DNA of 64,000 bases from an uncultured Blastocatellia bacterium (GCA_937934295.1 CALHAI010000005.1:119272-183271), one strand, 5' to 3'; positions 17,671 through 28,235 are shown, counted from the first letter of the stretch. Notes: generated by a model from the letters alone, not told the origin. Made by a program: numbers and translations.

Positions 17671-18822
17671 TCATTCCAGCCGCCGTCGGAAGCGCCAGAT
17701 GCTCACGCTGAAGACGGTCAGGCCAAACAGCAGCAGCGCCATCATCTGCGGCCAGAGGACGGCGATCCCCGTCCCCTTCAAAAACACCCCCCGCACGATC
17801 TCCAGGAAATACCGCACGGGATTCGCATAAGTGAGATACTGTACGGGCACGGGCATATTCCGAATCGGGAAGGCGAATCCGCTCAGCGTGAAGGCCGGCA
17901 TGAAGAAGAAGAACGAGGCGAGCATCGCCTGCTGCTGCGTCTGAGAGATCGTCGAGAGGAAGACGCCCACGCCGAGCGTCGTCATGACAAAGAGGATCGC
18001 GCTGAACAGGAGGACGACGGCGCTCCCCCGAAATGGGACGCGAAATATGAGCAGCGCCGCACTCGTCACCAGAACGACATCCACAAGACCGATGAGGGCG
18101 AACGGCGCGGTCTTCCCGAGGACGAATTCCACCGGGCGAATGGGCGTCACCAAGAGTTGTTCCATCGTCCCCAGCTCGCGTTCGCGCACGATGGCCATCG
18201 CCGTGAGGATCAACGTGACGATCGTGATGATGTTGACCAGAACACCGGGGACGAAATAGTTCCGGCTGCGAAGATCGGGATTGAACCAGACGCGCGTCCG
18301 CACGTCCAGCTCAGGAATGGCGATCGGCGCGCCGCGCTCGAAGGCGAGCGCTCTCAACGCGCGTTGTTCCCGCTCGACCATCACCTCGTCGGCATAGCGA
18401 AGGATGACACGCGTCGCGTAGGTGGTGAGGATGGAGGCCGTGTTCGAGTTCGTCCCCTCGATGAGGATCTGCACGGCGACCGTCTCGCCTCGCTTCACCT
18501 GCTCGGCGAAGCCCGGCAGCACGCGCACGAACATGAGGACGCGCCCGCGGTCCAAAAGCTCACGCCCCTCCTCCTCCCGCGCGGGCGTGGCGACCACGCG
18601 AAAATGGGGCGAGCCGTCAAACGCCGCCCGCAGGGCGCGACTGGCCGGCGTCCGATCGCCATCCATCCACGCGATTGGCGCGCGCTCCACATCCAGATTG
18701 ACGGCATAGCCGAAGATCGTGAGTTGAATCACTGGGGGCAAAAACAACAGGACGCGCATCCGCGGCTCGCGCAGCGCCTGCCGCCACTCCTTCCGAATCA
18801 TCTCTCGAATGCGAGCCCACAC
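17671..18822 (-). CDS. ABC-2 family transporter permease (YbhR/YbhS-like)
   Basis: N-terminal cytoplasmic region, one TM helix, a large periplasmic loop, then 5 TM helices: the ABC-2 topology. Confidence 0.8.
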   Translation of the reverse strand: MWARIREMIRKEWRQALREPRMRVLLFLPPVIQLTIFGYAVNLDVERAPIAWMDGDRTPASRALRAAFDGSPHFRVVATPAREEEGRELLDRGRVLMFVRVLPGFAEQVKRGETVAVQILIEGTNSNTASILTTYATRVILRYADEVMVEREQRALRALAFERGAPIAIPELDVRTRVWFNPDLRSRNYFVPGVLVNIITIVTLILTAMAIVRERELGTMEQLLVTPIRPVEFVLGKTAPFALIGLVDVVLVTSAALLIFRVPFRGSAVVLLFSAILFVMTTLGVGVFLSTISQTQQQAMLASFFFFMPAFTLSGFAFPIRNMPVPVQYLTYANPVRYFLEIVRGVFLKGTGIAVLWPQMMALLLFGLTVFSVSIWRFRRRLE

Positions 18823-18823
18823 C

Positions 18824-19957
18824 TCACGCCACTCCTCGCCGCACGCGCCGCGTGGCGAGGGCGAAGACCACTCCCGCGTACCCGATCAGAAACACCACCT
18901 CCCCCACGAGCAACTCCAGGCCGATCCCCTTCAGAAAGAGGCCACGCAAGATCACAATGAAATATCGCGCCGGGACGAGATAGGTCAGTCCTTGCACCAT
19001 CGGCGGCATGTTCTCGATGGCGAAGATGAAGCCCGAGAGCAGAAAGGCCGGCAGAAACGATGTGAGCACGCCCAGTTGATACGCGAGCACTTGCGAGCGC
19101 ACGAGCGCGGAGATGAGCACCCCCCACCCGAGCGCGCCAAACAGAAAGAGCCCCCCCATCAGGATGACCAGGAGCGGATCGCCGCGCAGCGGCACGCGGA
19201 AGAAGGCGACACCCACTACGAGCGCGATGAGCATATCGAGCAGGCCGATCGTGAAGAACGCGAGCATCTTCCCGAGCACGATCTCAGAAGCGCGCACTGG
19301 CGTCGAGAGCAATTGCTCCATCGTCCCCACCTCCCACTCGCGCGCGATGGTGAGCGAGGTGAGCAAGGCGGCAATGATCATCAGGATGATGGCGATCAAT
19401 CCGGGGACGATGTAATGGCGCGACCGCAGCTCGCTGTTATACCAGACGCGCACGCGCGGCTCCAGCGGAGGCTCCACTCTCGTCCCCGTCGCGCGCCGTA
19501 GGACCGAGATCTGCCACGCTCCGGCGTGCGCCCGCAGCACGGCCTCCGCGTAGCCGAGAGCAATCGAAGCCGTATTCGAATCGCTCCCATCGAAGAGGAG
19601 CTGGATCGAAGCGCGCTCCCCACGAAGCCATCGGCGCGAATAGTCGGAGGGGATCACCAGCGCCATCAAGCAGCGATTGCGGTCCATCTCGCGCGCGATG
19701 CTCGCTTCGTCTTCGACCATGCCGATCACGTCAAAGAAGCGCGAACCGGCGAAGCGCGCGATCAGCTCTCGACTCTGCGGGCTGTCGTCGGCATCCCGCA
19801 CGAGCATGGGGATGCGATCCACGTCCAGCCGCAGCGCATACCCGAACAGCAGGAGCAGGACCACGGGCACGGCGAGCGCCAACAGCAGGCTCCTCGGATC
19901 GCGCCGAATGTGGAGAAATTCCTTCCGAGCCATGGCCCACGTCCGCCGCCACGTCAT
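18824..19957 (-). CDS. ABC-2 family transporter permease (second copy)
   Basis: Paralogous to the downstream permease. 4-nt overlap with the upstream ATPase gene. Confidence 0.8.
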   Translation of the reverse strand: MTWRRTWAMARKEFLHIRRDPRSLLLALAVPVVLLLLFGYALRLDVDRIPMLVRDADDSPQSRELIARFAGSRFFDVIGMVEDEASIAREMDRNRCLMALVIPSDYSRRWLRGERASIQLLFDGSDSNTASIALGYAEAVLRAHAGAWQISVLRRATGTRVEPPLEPRVRVWYNSELRSRHYIVPGLIAIILMIIAALLTSLTIAREWEVGTMEQLLSTPVRASEIVLGKMLAFFTIGLLDMLIALVVGVAFFRVPLRGDPLLVILMGGLFLFGALGWGVLISALVRSQVLAYQLGVLTSFLPAFLLSGFIFAIENMPPMVQGLTYLVPARYFIVILRGLFLKGIGLELLVGEVVFLIGYAGVVFALATRRVRRGVA

Positions 19958-20916
19958 CGCTCGCTCCGCTCACTCGCTTCGATCACGGCCACGAAGACGT
20001 CTTCCATCGAGGGCGGGATGACCTCCATCCGAGAGATCGTGATCCCCCGTGCTTGCAAGAGATGTCGGATCCGCTCGCTCGCCCGATGCGGATCGCGGAT
20101 GCGAAGATGGAGGCCGGCGCCGGAGAACGCGATGTGTTCGACCGTCTCCTCTCGCTCAAGCACCTTCACGCTCTCCAGCACGTCCGAGGGTTCAACGCGC
20201 AGGAACGCCACCGAGGAGAGCGCTCGCACGAGAGCCGCCGGCGCGTCAAGCGCGATGATCCTCCCCCGATGCATGAGCGCCAGCCGATGGCAGTATTCCG
20301 CCTCGTCCATATAATGCGTCGTCACGAGGATCGTATGACCGGCTTCCGAAAGGCGCGCGATCATCTCCCAGAACTGGCGACGCGCGATCGGATCAACGCC
20401 CGAGGTCGGCTCGTCGAGAAAGAGGATCGGCGGCTCATGCACGAGCGCACAGGCGAGCGCCAATCGCTGCTTCCACCCGCCAGGGAGCACGCGCACGAGC
20501 GCGCGCCGCCGCGCGGTGAGCCCGACCATCTTCAAGACCTCTTCCAGGCGTTCGCGTCGGCGCTCGCGCGGAACGCCATAGAGGCCGCTGAAGAACTCCA
20601 CGTTCTCCTCGACGGTCAAATCCTCATAGAGGGAGAATCGCTGTGACAGATAACCGATGCGCCGCTTGACGGGTTCGGCCTGCGTCAGGACGTCGAGGCC
20701 ATCTACGCGCACGCACCCCTCCGTCGGCAGGAGCAATCCACAGAGGATGCGAATCGTCGTGGATTTGCCCGCGCCATTCGGTCCGAGGAGCCCGAAGATC
20801 TCTCCCCGCTGCACGCGAAAGCTGACGCGATCCACGGCGACGAACGGGCCGAATCGCTTGACCACCCCCTCGACCTCAATGGCCCACTTCGCCGACGTCG
20901 GTTCAGCCATACTCAC
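19954..20916 (-). CDS. ABC transporter ATP-binding protein
   Basis: Walker A GPNGAGKST, signature LSGGWKQR, Walker B ILFLDEPTSG. Confidence 0.85.
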   Translation of the reverse strand: MSMAEPTSAKWAIEVEGVVKRFGPFVAVDRVSFRVQRGEIFGLLGPNGAGKSTTIRILCGLLLPTEGCVRVDGLDVLTQAEPVKRRIGYLSQRFSLYEDLTVEENVEFFSGLYGVPRERRRERLEEVLKMVGLTARRRALVRVLPGGWKQRLALACALVHEPPILFLDEPTSGVDPIARRQFWEMIARLSEAGHTILVTTHYMDEAEYCHRLALMHRGRIIALDAPAALVRALSSVAFLRVEPSDVLESVKVLEREETVEHIAFSGAGLHLRIRDPHRASERIRHLLQARGITISRMEVIPPSMEDVFVAVIEASERSER

Positions 20917-21865
20917 CTTCGAGGCGTTCGCGCTGACGGATCAGCGCGATGAAGATGTCCTCCAAAGAGGGGAGGAGCGGCCGCACTCTCACATCGGTGA
21001 TCCCCTCCGCGCCGAGCGCGCGCTCGATAGCTTCAGGCGATATGCGTGCCGGATCGAAGAGAACGCGAAGCGTCGCGCCGAAAGGTTCGACGCTCGTGAG
21101 GCCCTCCCGGTGTCGGAGTACGCGCTGTGCTCGCGCGCGATCGGACGTCAGGACTTCGCATCCGCGCCCGGAGAACTCGCGCCGCAGCGCGTCAGCCGAC
21201 GCACATCGCAGCAGCCGCCCGCGATAGAGCAGGCCAAGGCGCACCGCTCGCTCCGCCTCACCCAGATAAGCCGTCGTGAAGACGATCGTCACCCCCTCCT
21301 TCCGCAGCTCGGTCAGGAGCGCCCAGAGATCGCGCCGCGAGATCGGATCAATGCCGGTCGTCGGCTCATCCAAAAAGAGGACCTGCGGACGATGCACGAG
21401 CGCGCAGGCCAATGCGAGCTTCTGTCGCATGCCACCGGAGAGCTGATGGGCTCGATATCGGCGAAACGACTCCAGACGCGTCACGCGCAGGAGATCGGCC
21501 GTGCGCGCTTCACGGGCTCGAGCCGGGACGCCATAGAGATCGGCGTAGAAACGCATGTTCTCCTCAACGGAGAGATCATCGTAGATGCCGGCGCGCTGGG
21601 CCACATAGCCGATGTGATCGCAGACCGCCTCCCGCTGGCGGCGCACATCGTATCCGGCCACTTCGATCTCCCCGGCATCCGGCTCCAGCAATCCGCACAA
21701 TAGGCGCAGCGTCGTCGTCTTCCCCGCTCCGTCCGGCCCCACCAAGCCGAAGATCTCCCCCCGCCGCACCTCCAGATCGAGGCGCTCCACGGCCACGCTT
21801 TCCCCGAAGCGCCGCGTCACCCCGTGCGCGCAAACGACAATGTCCGCAGAGCTCCTCCTGCTCAC
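20903..21865 (-). CDS. ABC transporter ATP-binding protein (second)
   Basis: GPDGAGKTT, LSGGMRQK, VLFLDEPTTG. The likely GTG start overlaps the HlyD stop (GTGA). The track ORF is extended upstream to 22036. Confidence 0.8.
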   Translation of the reverse strand: MSRRSSADIVVCAHGVTRRFGESVAVERLDLEVRRGEIFGLVGPDGAGKTTTLRLLCGLLEPDAGEIEVAGYDVRRQREAVCDHIGYVAQRAGIYDDLSVEENMRFYADLYGVPARAREARTADLLRVTRLESFRRYRAHQLSGGMRQKLALACALVHRPQVLFLDEPTTGIDPISRRDLWALLTELRKEGVTIVFTTAYLGEAERAVRLGLLYRGRLLRCASADALRREFSGRGCEVLTSDRARAQRVLRHREGLTSVEPFGATLRVLFDPARISPEAIERALGAEGITDVRVRPLLPSLEDIFIALIRQRERLEGEYG

Positions 21866-23043
21866 GGACGCTCCAGTAGGATCTCGGCCGTGACCGGCAT
21901 ATTCGCCTTCAACTCCAGGTTGGGATTCTCGACGTCGATCTTGATCCGGTAGACGTAGCGGACGCGCTCCTCGGGCGTTTGAATCGGCTTGGGGGTGAAC
22001 TCGGCCTCCGAAGCGATGAACGAGACGCGCCCCCAATAGATGCGGTTGGGGAAAGAATCGGTCTTCACCCGGACGCGCGCGCCGAGTTTCACGCGCCCGA
22101 GATCGCGCTCGCCGATATACGCGCGCACCCAGGGACGTCGCAGATCGCCCAAGGTGAGCACCGTAGCACCGGCGGCCACGACTTCTCCGACCTCCGCCGC
22201 TTTCGTCAAGACGATGCCATCGAAGGGGGCGGTGACGACGGTCTCCCGTACTGCGGTCTCGCTCAGCGCCAGCTCCGCGCGCGCGCGTTCGCGCTCGGCC
22301 TCGCGCATCGCCAATTCTTGCTCGCGGCGACGCAGCTCCAGATGCTGCGCCTGGGCCTGGCGCAAGGCCGCGCGCGCTCGCGCGACCTGCGCGCGCGCGG
22401 CTTCGATGTGCTCCCGTCGCGGCCCCTCCAGCAAAAGGGTCAGTCGTTGCTCAGCTTGCTGAAGTTGAGCGCTCGCTTGCTCATAGCGCGCCCGCGCCTG
22501 ATCGTACTGCGCCATCGAGATCTCATCGCGCTCGTACAGCATCTGGGCGCGCTCCCAATCCCGCTGCGCGCGCTCTTGTTCGGCGCGCGCCGCCTGTACG
22601 GCCGCGCGCGCGTGCGCGATCTCCGGCGCGCGTGATCCCGCGAGCAACTCCCGGAGCTGCGCTTCAGCCTGTTCGAGCGCGGCCTGCCGCTCGATGATCT
22701 GCGCCTCGACGATCTCGCGCAGGTGAGCGATCGCCGTGCGCAGTTGTGCCACCTGCGATTCGGCGACGCGCACGGCCGCCGCCGCGCGATCCCGCTGCCG
22801 TTCCAGAGATTCGCGATCGAGTCGCGCGAGCACGGCTCCCCGTCTCACCATCTCCCCCTCGCGCACAGGAAGCTCCACGATCCGCCCCGAGACCTTGAAA
22901 GCGATCTCCACCTCCGTCACCTCGATGTTCCCAAAGACGAGGATCCGATCCTCCGGCTCGTGTCCGCGCCACATCAAGAGTCCACCAATGACCCCCCCGC
23001 CGCCGAGTCCCATCAGAAGCAGGATGAGCCATCGCCGCCTCAT
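21862..23043 (-). CDS. HlyD-family membrane fusion protein
   Basis: N-terminal TM helix, long coiled-coil (ER/QA-rich) region, C-terminal beta-barrel/lipoyl-like segments. Confidence 0.8.
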   Translation of the reverse strand: MRRRWLILLLMGLGGGGVIGGLLMWRGHEPEDRILVFGNIEVTEVEIAFKVSGRIVELPVREGEMVRRGAVLARLDRESLERQRDRAAAAVRVAESQVAQLRTAIAHLREIVEAQIIERQAALEQAEAQLRELLAGSRAPEIAHARAAVQAARAEQERAQRDWERAQMLYERDEISMAQYDQARARYEQASAQLQQAEQRLTLLLEGPRREHIEAARAQVARARAALRQAQAQHLELRRREQELAMREAERERARAELALSETAVRETVVTAPFDGIVLTKAAEVGEVVAAGATVLTLGDLRRPWVRAYIGERDLGRVKLGARVRVKTDSFPNRIYWGRVSFIASEAEFTPKPIQTPEERVRYVYRIKIDVENPNLELKANMPVTAEILLERP

Positions 23044-23097
23044 ACCGATGACGCGTCCTCAAAACTCTCCATCGGACGACTCACGATGAGCGCCCCT

Positions 23098-24954
23098 TCA
23101 TCTCTTCTCGGCGGCCCGCCCCACCATCTGGCGATATTGCCGGCGATAGAGTCGAGCGTAGAGGCCATCTCGCCTCATCAGCTCCGCATGCGTGCCGATC
23201 TCCCGCACCCGCCCCTTATGCAACACGATGATCCGATCGGCCCGTTGGATCGTCGAGAGCCGATGCGCGATGATCAAGCTCGTGCGTCCGCCCAGGAGCA
23301 CCTCCAGAGCTTCGTGAATGAGCCCCTCCGTATGCGGGTCCACGCTGGCCGTCGCTTCATCCAAAATGAGGATCGGCGAATCGAAACAGAGGGCGCGGGC
23401 GAAGGCGAGCAGTTGCTTCTGCCCTGTGGAGAGCCGCGCGCCACGCTCGCCGACTTCCGCGTGATACCCCCCCGGTAAGCGTTCGATGAACTCATGCGCG
23501 TGAACATGGCGCGCGGCTTCTCGCACGCGCTCCTCGGAAAAGGCCACCTCGCCCAAGCGAATGTTGGTCGCGATGTCGCCCGAGAAGAGAAAGATGTCTT
23601 GCGGCACCAGCGCGAAGGCGCGTCGCAGAGCGCGAAGATCCCATTCACGAAGATCCACCCCATCGAGAAGGATCGCCCCTCGCGATACATCATAGAAGCG
23701 GAGCAGCAGATGCGCGAGCGTCGTCTTGCCCGCTCCCGTCGGCCCGACGAGGGCGACCGCCTCTCCAGGAAGCACCTCGAAGGAGACGTCGCGCAAGACC
23801 CACTCCTCCCCCTCATAGGCAAACCAGACGTGACGGAATTCGAGATGTCCCCGCACGCGCTGGGGCCGATACTCCCCCCGCGAAGCGATCCCCACAGGCG
23901 TGTCAAGCAGTGCGAAGATGCGCTCGGAGGCCGCCATCGCCGATTGCAGGATGTTATACTTCTCGCTCAGATCAGAGATTGGGTGGAAGAACCGCTGCGA
24001 GAGCTGCACGAATCCGATCAGCGCACCGAGCGTCACCTGCCCGGCCAAGACCTGATGCCCGCCGTACCAGATGATGAGGGCGATCCCGATGGCGCTCACC
24101 AGCTCCACGGCTGGGAAGAAGATGGCGTAGTAGAAGATCGTCTCCAGATTGGCTTGACGATGATCGGCATTGAGCCGGTCGAAACGCTCGAAGCTCCGTC
24201 GTTCCTCATTGAAGAGCTGAACGGTCGCCATGCCCGTGATGTGCTCTTGCAAGAACGCGTTGATGCGGGCGATGCGCGCGCGCACTTCGCGATAGGCCCG
24301 ACGCGCGTTCGCCCGAAACCACACCATCACAAGGAGGAGCAGGGGGAGGACCAGGAAGGCGACCAGCGCCAATCGCCAGTTCAAGTAGAACATGAGACCG
24401 ACGATCCCCAGCAGCAGAAAGATGTCCTGAACGAAAGCGACCACTCCGGCTGTGAACAGCTCGTTCAGCGCATCGACGTCCGTCGTCAGGCGCGTCATCA
24501 GCCGGCCCACCGGATTGCGATCGTAAAACCGCACATCCACGCGCTGCAGGTGATCGAAGAGCTGCTCTCGGAGATCGAACATGAGCCGCTGCCCGAGCGA
24601 TTGCACGAGCACCGTCTGGCCGTAGGTGAGCGCGAACTGGGCAAAGAGAGAGACGAGGAAGAGTCCGCCGATCAGATGCAGGCCTTCAAGCGGAGAGGGC
24701 GACCATCCGAGCGCGCGCAGCAGGCGTTCGGCAAGCGCCGCGACAGGACTCACCGCCGGGCGAGGATGAATGAAAAGATCCACGGCGATGACCGTCAGCG
24801 CGGGTCCGACAAGTTGAATGGGCGACGCCAAAATGATGAGGCAGATCGCCAGCAGCAGCGTCCGCCGATGTGGCCGAAGGTAACCGAGAAGCCGTCGCAG
24901 CAACTGGGCATCATACGCTCGACCGAGGATCTCCTCTTCATGAAGGACTTCCAT
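23098..24954 (-). CDS. ABC exporter, fused permease/ATP-binding (MsbA/ABCB-like)
   Basis: Six TM helices followed by an NBD with GPTGAGKTT, LSTGQKQLLAFARAL and ILILDEATASVD. Confidence 0.85.
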   Translation of the reverse strand: MEVLHEEEILGRAYDAQLLRRLLGYLRPHRRTLLLAICLIILASPIQLVGPALTVIAVDLFIHPRPAVSPVAALAERLLRALGWSPSPLEGLHLIGGLFLVSLFAQFALTYGQTVLVQSLGQRLMFDLREQLFDHLQRVDVRFYDRNPVGRLMTRLTTDVDALNELFTAGVVAFVQDIFLLLGIVGLMFYLNWRLALVAFLVLPLLLLVMVWFRANARRAYREVRARIARINAFLQEHITGMATVQLFNEERRSFERFDRLNADHRQANLETIFYYAIFFPAVELVSAIGIALIIWYGGHQVLAGQVTLGALIGFVQLSQRFFHPISDLSEKYNILQSAMAASERIFALLDTPVGIASRGEYRPQRVRGHLEFRHVWFAYEGEEWVLRDVSFEVLPGEAVALVGPTGAGKTTLAHLLLRFYDVSRGAILLDGVDLREWDLRALRRAFALVPQDIFLFSGDIATNIRLGEVAFSEERVREAARHVHAHEFIERLPGGYHAEVGERGARLSTGQKQLLAFARALCFDSPILILDEATASVDPHTEGLIHEALEVLLGGRTSLIIAHRLSTIQRADRIIVLHKGRVREIGTHAELMRRDGLYARLYRRQYRQMVGRAAEKR

Positions 24955-24999
24955 ACGCGCGCCCAGGATGATGAGGGTATCAACCCGACGGAGCGCGCG

Positions 25000-25956
25000 T
25001 CAAGCGCGAGGTGCACCCACCTCAGGGGCAGCCCATTGTCTCACAGCGGCCGAGAAGAGGATGAGCGTGGGGATCTCCACGACCGGTTCGACCAATTGGC
25101 TGAGCGCGATGATCGGATGCTCGGGGAAGAGCACCACGGCAAGCGGTAGGACCAGCGGCGAATTCCGCGCCATCACCGTGCAGGCCAAGGCCAGCGCGCG
25201 CTCTCGCGGAAAGCGAAGGCCGCGCGCCACAACCTGCGAGAGCGCGAGCGCGAGGACATAGAACAGCAGAAACGGCGGGGCCAGCCGCAGAAAGAGCGTG
25301 GGATGAGCTAGGGCGATCCGCCCGTGGCTGACGAACATCGCGAAGACGACAAGCGCGAGCGCCCAAAATCCAAGGCGCGCTAGGATGGGTTTCTCCCCCC
25401 ACCGCCACCGAAAGAGCTGCGCGGCCACAAGCGGGAGGACGGCATAGGCGAGCAATGCCCGCCCGATCTCTCCCATGTCCAGCGGTAGCCACGCCGACGT
25501 GAAGAGCCAAAGATACACGGGGAGGAGCGCCACCTGCAAGACCAGATTCCAAGGCAACACGGCGAGATTGCGCGCCACATCCCCGCCGACCAGATGCGTG
25601 AAGATCAAATACCAATCCGTGCACGGCGTCAGCAGGGCCAGGAAGAGCCCGACACGCAACTCCGGCACATCCGGCAGAAGGAGGCTCCCCAGCAGAACGG
25701 CGAGCACGGGGGCACTCCCGAAATTCAGCCCGATGACCGTGAGCATATACGGCCCATCGCGCGCCGCTTCGCGGAGCTGCCCCAGCGATACGCGCGCGAA
25801 GACGGTGAAGAGGACGCCCACCAGCAGCGGCGTGATCGCGCGCGCGACCGTCGAAGCCCCACTCGGCCATTCCCAAGAAACGAACGCGCCCATGCCGGCG
25901 GCGCCAAGCAGCATCGCCGGCTCTTTCAAATCCCACCACAGGGGCGATCGCCTCAC
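25000..25956 (-). CDS. AEC (auxin efflux carrier / malate permease-like) family membrane transporter
   Basis: ~10 hydrophobic helices, ~318 aa, Pro/Leu-rich pattern typical of the AEC family. Confidence 0.65.
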   Translation of the reverse strand: MRRSPLWWDLKEPAMLLGAAGMGAFVSWEWPSGASTVARAITPLLVGVLFTVFARVSLGQLREAARDGPYMLTVIGLNFGSAPVLAVLLGSLLLPDVPELRVGLFLALLTPCTDWYLIFTHLVGGDVARNLAVLPWNLVLQVALLPVYLWLFTSAWLPLDMGEIGRALLAYAVLPLVAAQLFRWRWGEKPILARLGFWALALVVFAMFVSHGRIALAHPTLFLRLAPPFLLFYVLALALSQVVARGLRFPRERALALACTVMARNSPLVLPLAVVLFPEHPIIALSQLVEPVVEIPTLILFSAAVRQWAAPEVGAPRA

Positions 25957-26119
25957 CGTCTCATCCTCGCGGCCCTTGATTCTAGAGGACGATCGCCTTG
26001 CCCATCAAGCGAGCGCTCCGCCCTACAACCCGAAGGTGCCTTCCCAGAGAGCGCTGCCGTAGAAGTCTCTCTCCCCAAACGGCTTCTCCACCTCGGAGAG
26101 AGTGAGAGGGAGGCGGACG

Positions 26120-26278
26120 ATGAACCGACGGGCAGCCGAACGCTGCGAGCAGATCGGGTTCTCCGAAATCGCGCGGATTCGAAAGCGCATCTTGGAACTC
26201 GGTCCCGAGTCGCCGCTCCACCCTCTTCACGGAGGGAAGCCATTTTTGAGACGCCATGGGTTCGGAGCGGTCCCTTGA
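26120..26278 (+). CDS. small ORF (52 aa) with strong RBS in a 520-bp intergenic gap; hypothetical
   Basis: GAGGGAGG 6 nt before the ATG. Encodes MNRRAAERCEQIGFSEIARIRKRILELGPESPLHPLHGGKPFLRRHGFGAVP. Below the track's length cut-off. Confidence 0.25.
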   Translation: MNRRAAERCEQIGFSEIARIRKRILELGPESPLHPLHGGKPFLRRHGFGAVP

Positions 26279-26480
26279 AAATCGCCCTTTTTGCCGGTGT
26301 AGCGTTGGCCTCGTTAGGTTCGCAAGGCCACCAAATTGTCGCACTAATCATTCCGTCCAAAACTCCCCCCGTCCCTCAAGCCTTAACCTGCAGAGAGAGC
26401 AGAGTTCAAAGCCCCTCCCATCCGGCGCGCTGGCCGAAGCGGCGGGATGGGGTCACGGACGCGCCTTCCGCATCGCGCGC

Positions 26481-27116
26481 TCAGCTTGGCTGGCCAATGT
26501 CGCGCGATCGCCCCACAAGTACGCGCCTTCCTTCGATGCGATAGTTCCCACTGAGGACGAGCGCGACAGCGTGCACGTACAGCCGGTGCTCTTCGGCCAG
26601 AATGCGCGCCGAGAGCGTCTCCACAGTATCGTCATCGTACACGGGGACGACCGCTTGCACGATGATCGGGCCGTGATCCATCTTCTCGTCTACGAAATGG
26701 ACGGTGCAGCCGGAGAACTTGACGCCGTATTCGAGGGCCTGGCGCTGCGCTTCCAGCCCCGGGAAAGCGGGCAAAAGCGACGGATGGATGTTCAGGACGC
26801 GCCCGGGGAATTCGCTGAGGAAATACGGGCTCAGCAATCGCATATATCCCGCCAAACAGACGAGTTCGACCCGACGCTTCTTCAACTCGGCCACAAGACG
26901 CCGCTCGTGCTCCTCGCGACTCAACCCCTTGTGGCTGATGACGAGCGCCTCGACGCCATGCGCGCGCGCCTTCTCCAATCCCGGAGCACCTGCGACATTG
27001 CTGATGACGACGGCGACCTCCGCGTCCAATTCTCCGCGCTCGGTCGCCTCAATCAGCGCGAGCATGTTCGATCCGCGACCGGAGATCAAGATGCCGATCT
27101 TCTTCTTCTCGCCCAT
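26481..27116 (-). CDS. purN: phosphoribosylglycinamide formyltransferase
   Basis: MGEKKKIGILISGRGSNMLALIEA... with the formyl-transferase fold. 211 aa. Confidence 0.9.
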   Translation of the reverse strand: MGEKKKIGILISGRGSNMLALIEATERGELDAEVAVVISNVAGAPGLEKARAHGVEALVISHKGLSREEHERRLVAELKKRRVELVCLAGYMRLLSPYFLSEFPGRVLNIHPSLLPAFPGLEAQRQALEYGVKFSGCTVHFVDEKMDHGPIIVQAVVPVYDDDTVETLSARILAEEHRLYVHAVALVLSGNYRIEGRRVLVGRSRDIGQPS

Positions 27117-27119
27117 ACG

Positions 27120-28157
27120 TCAGGAGAAGCAGATCACGACGTTTCGCTCACCCGCCATGACGCGCCCGATCACGTATCCGGGCTCCCCCACTTGGCGGAG
27201 ATATTCGAGGACCGCCGGGACGTCCATGGCGGCGACGATCACGATCATGCCGATCCCCATGTTGAACGTGCGATACATCTCTTGCCGCTCAATATTCCCC
27301 AAGCGCTGGAGCACGCGGAAGACAGGAAGGATCGGCCACCCCCCCTCCTCGATTTCCACGACGCAGCCCTCAGGCAGAAGGCGCGGGATATTCTCCAGAA
27401 AGCCGCCACCCGTGATGTGCACGAGCCCCTTCACGATCTCCTTCTCCAGAAGGCCGACGAGCACGGGAAGATAATTCCGATGCGGTTTGAGCAATTCGTC
27501 GCCGACAGTTCCCCCTAACTCCCCGACATACGTGTCGAGCGTCCATCCGGCGACTTCGAAGAAGAGCTTTCGGGCCAAGCTGTAGCCATTCGTATGGAGG
27601 CCAGACGAGGCGAGGCCGAGCACGACATCTCCGGGCTCGATGCGCCGACCGTCGAGAAGGCGCTCGCGCTCGACGACCCCCACGATGAATCCGACCAGAT
27701 CATACTCACCGGGGGCGTAGACGCCCGGCATCTCGGCCGTCTCCCCCCCCACGAGCGCACAACCGGATTCGTGACATCCCCGCACGATCCCCTCGACGAT
27801 CTGCACGACGACGTCCGGCACGAGTTTCCCCATGGCGATGTAATCTAGGAAAAAGAGCGGTCGCGCCCCGTGTACAAGAATGTCGTTCACGCAATGGGCC
27901 ACAATATCGTATCCGACCGAGTCATGCCGCCCGGCCAGAGCGGCGATCTTCAGCTTCGTTCCCACGCCATCCACGCTGGAGACGAGGACGGGATCGCGAT
28001 ACGCCGAGAGATCGGCGCGGAAGAGGGCGCCGAATCCCCCGATGTCCATCAAGACCTGGGGGGTGAACGTCGTTCGGGCAAGCCGCTTGATGGCCTCTTT
28101 CGCCGCGCGCGCGGCCTCGATGTCCACGCCGGCCTCGCGATACGTGATCCGTCGCAT
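27120..28157 (-). CDS. purM: phosphoribosylformylglycinamidine cyclo-ligase (AIR synthetase)
   Basis: MRRITYREAGVDIEAARAAKEAIKRL... is the PurM N-terminus. 345 aa. Confidence 0.9.
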   Translation of the reverse strand: MRRITYREAGVDIEAARAAKEAIKRLARTTFTPQVLMDIGGFGALFRADLSAYRDPVLVSSVDGVGTKLKIAALAGRHDSVGYDIVAHCVNDILVHGARPLFFLDYIAMGKLVPDVVVQIVEGIVRGCHESGCALVGGETAEMPGVYAPGEYDLVGFIVGVVERERLLDGRRIEPGDVVLGLASSGLHTNGYSLARKLFFEVAGWTLDTYVGELGGTVGDELLKPHRNYLPVLVGLLEKEIVKGLVHITGGGFLENIPRLLPEGCVVEIEEGGWPILPVFRVLQRLGNIERQEMYRTFNMGIGMIVIVAAMDVPAVLEYLRQVGEPGYVIGRVMAGERNVVICFS

Positions 28158-28235
28158 GGAGGAAACCTTAACATATTGTCGAGACGTTCACCAAGCGGGC
28201 GCCCGGAGGTCGCCGCCGCGCTCGATCCGGGCCCA

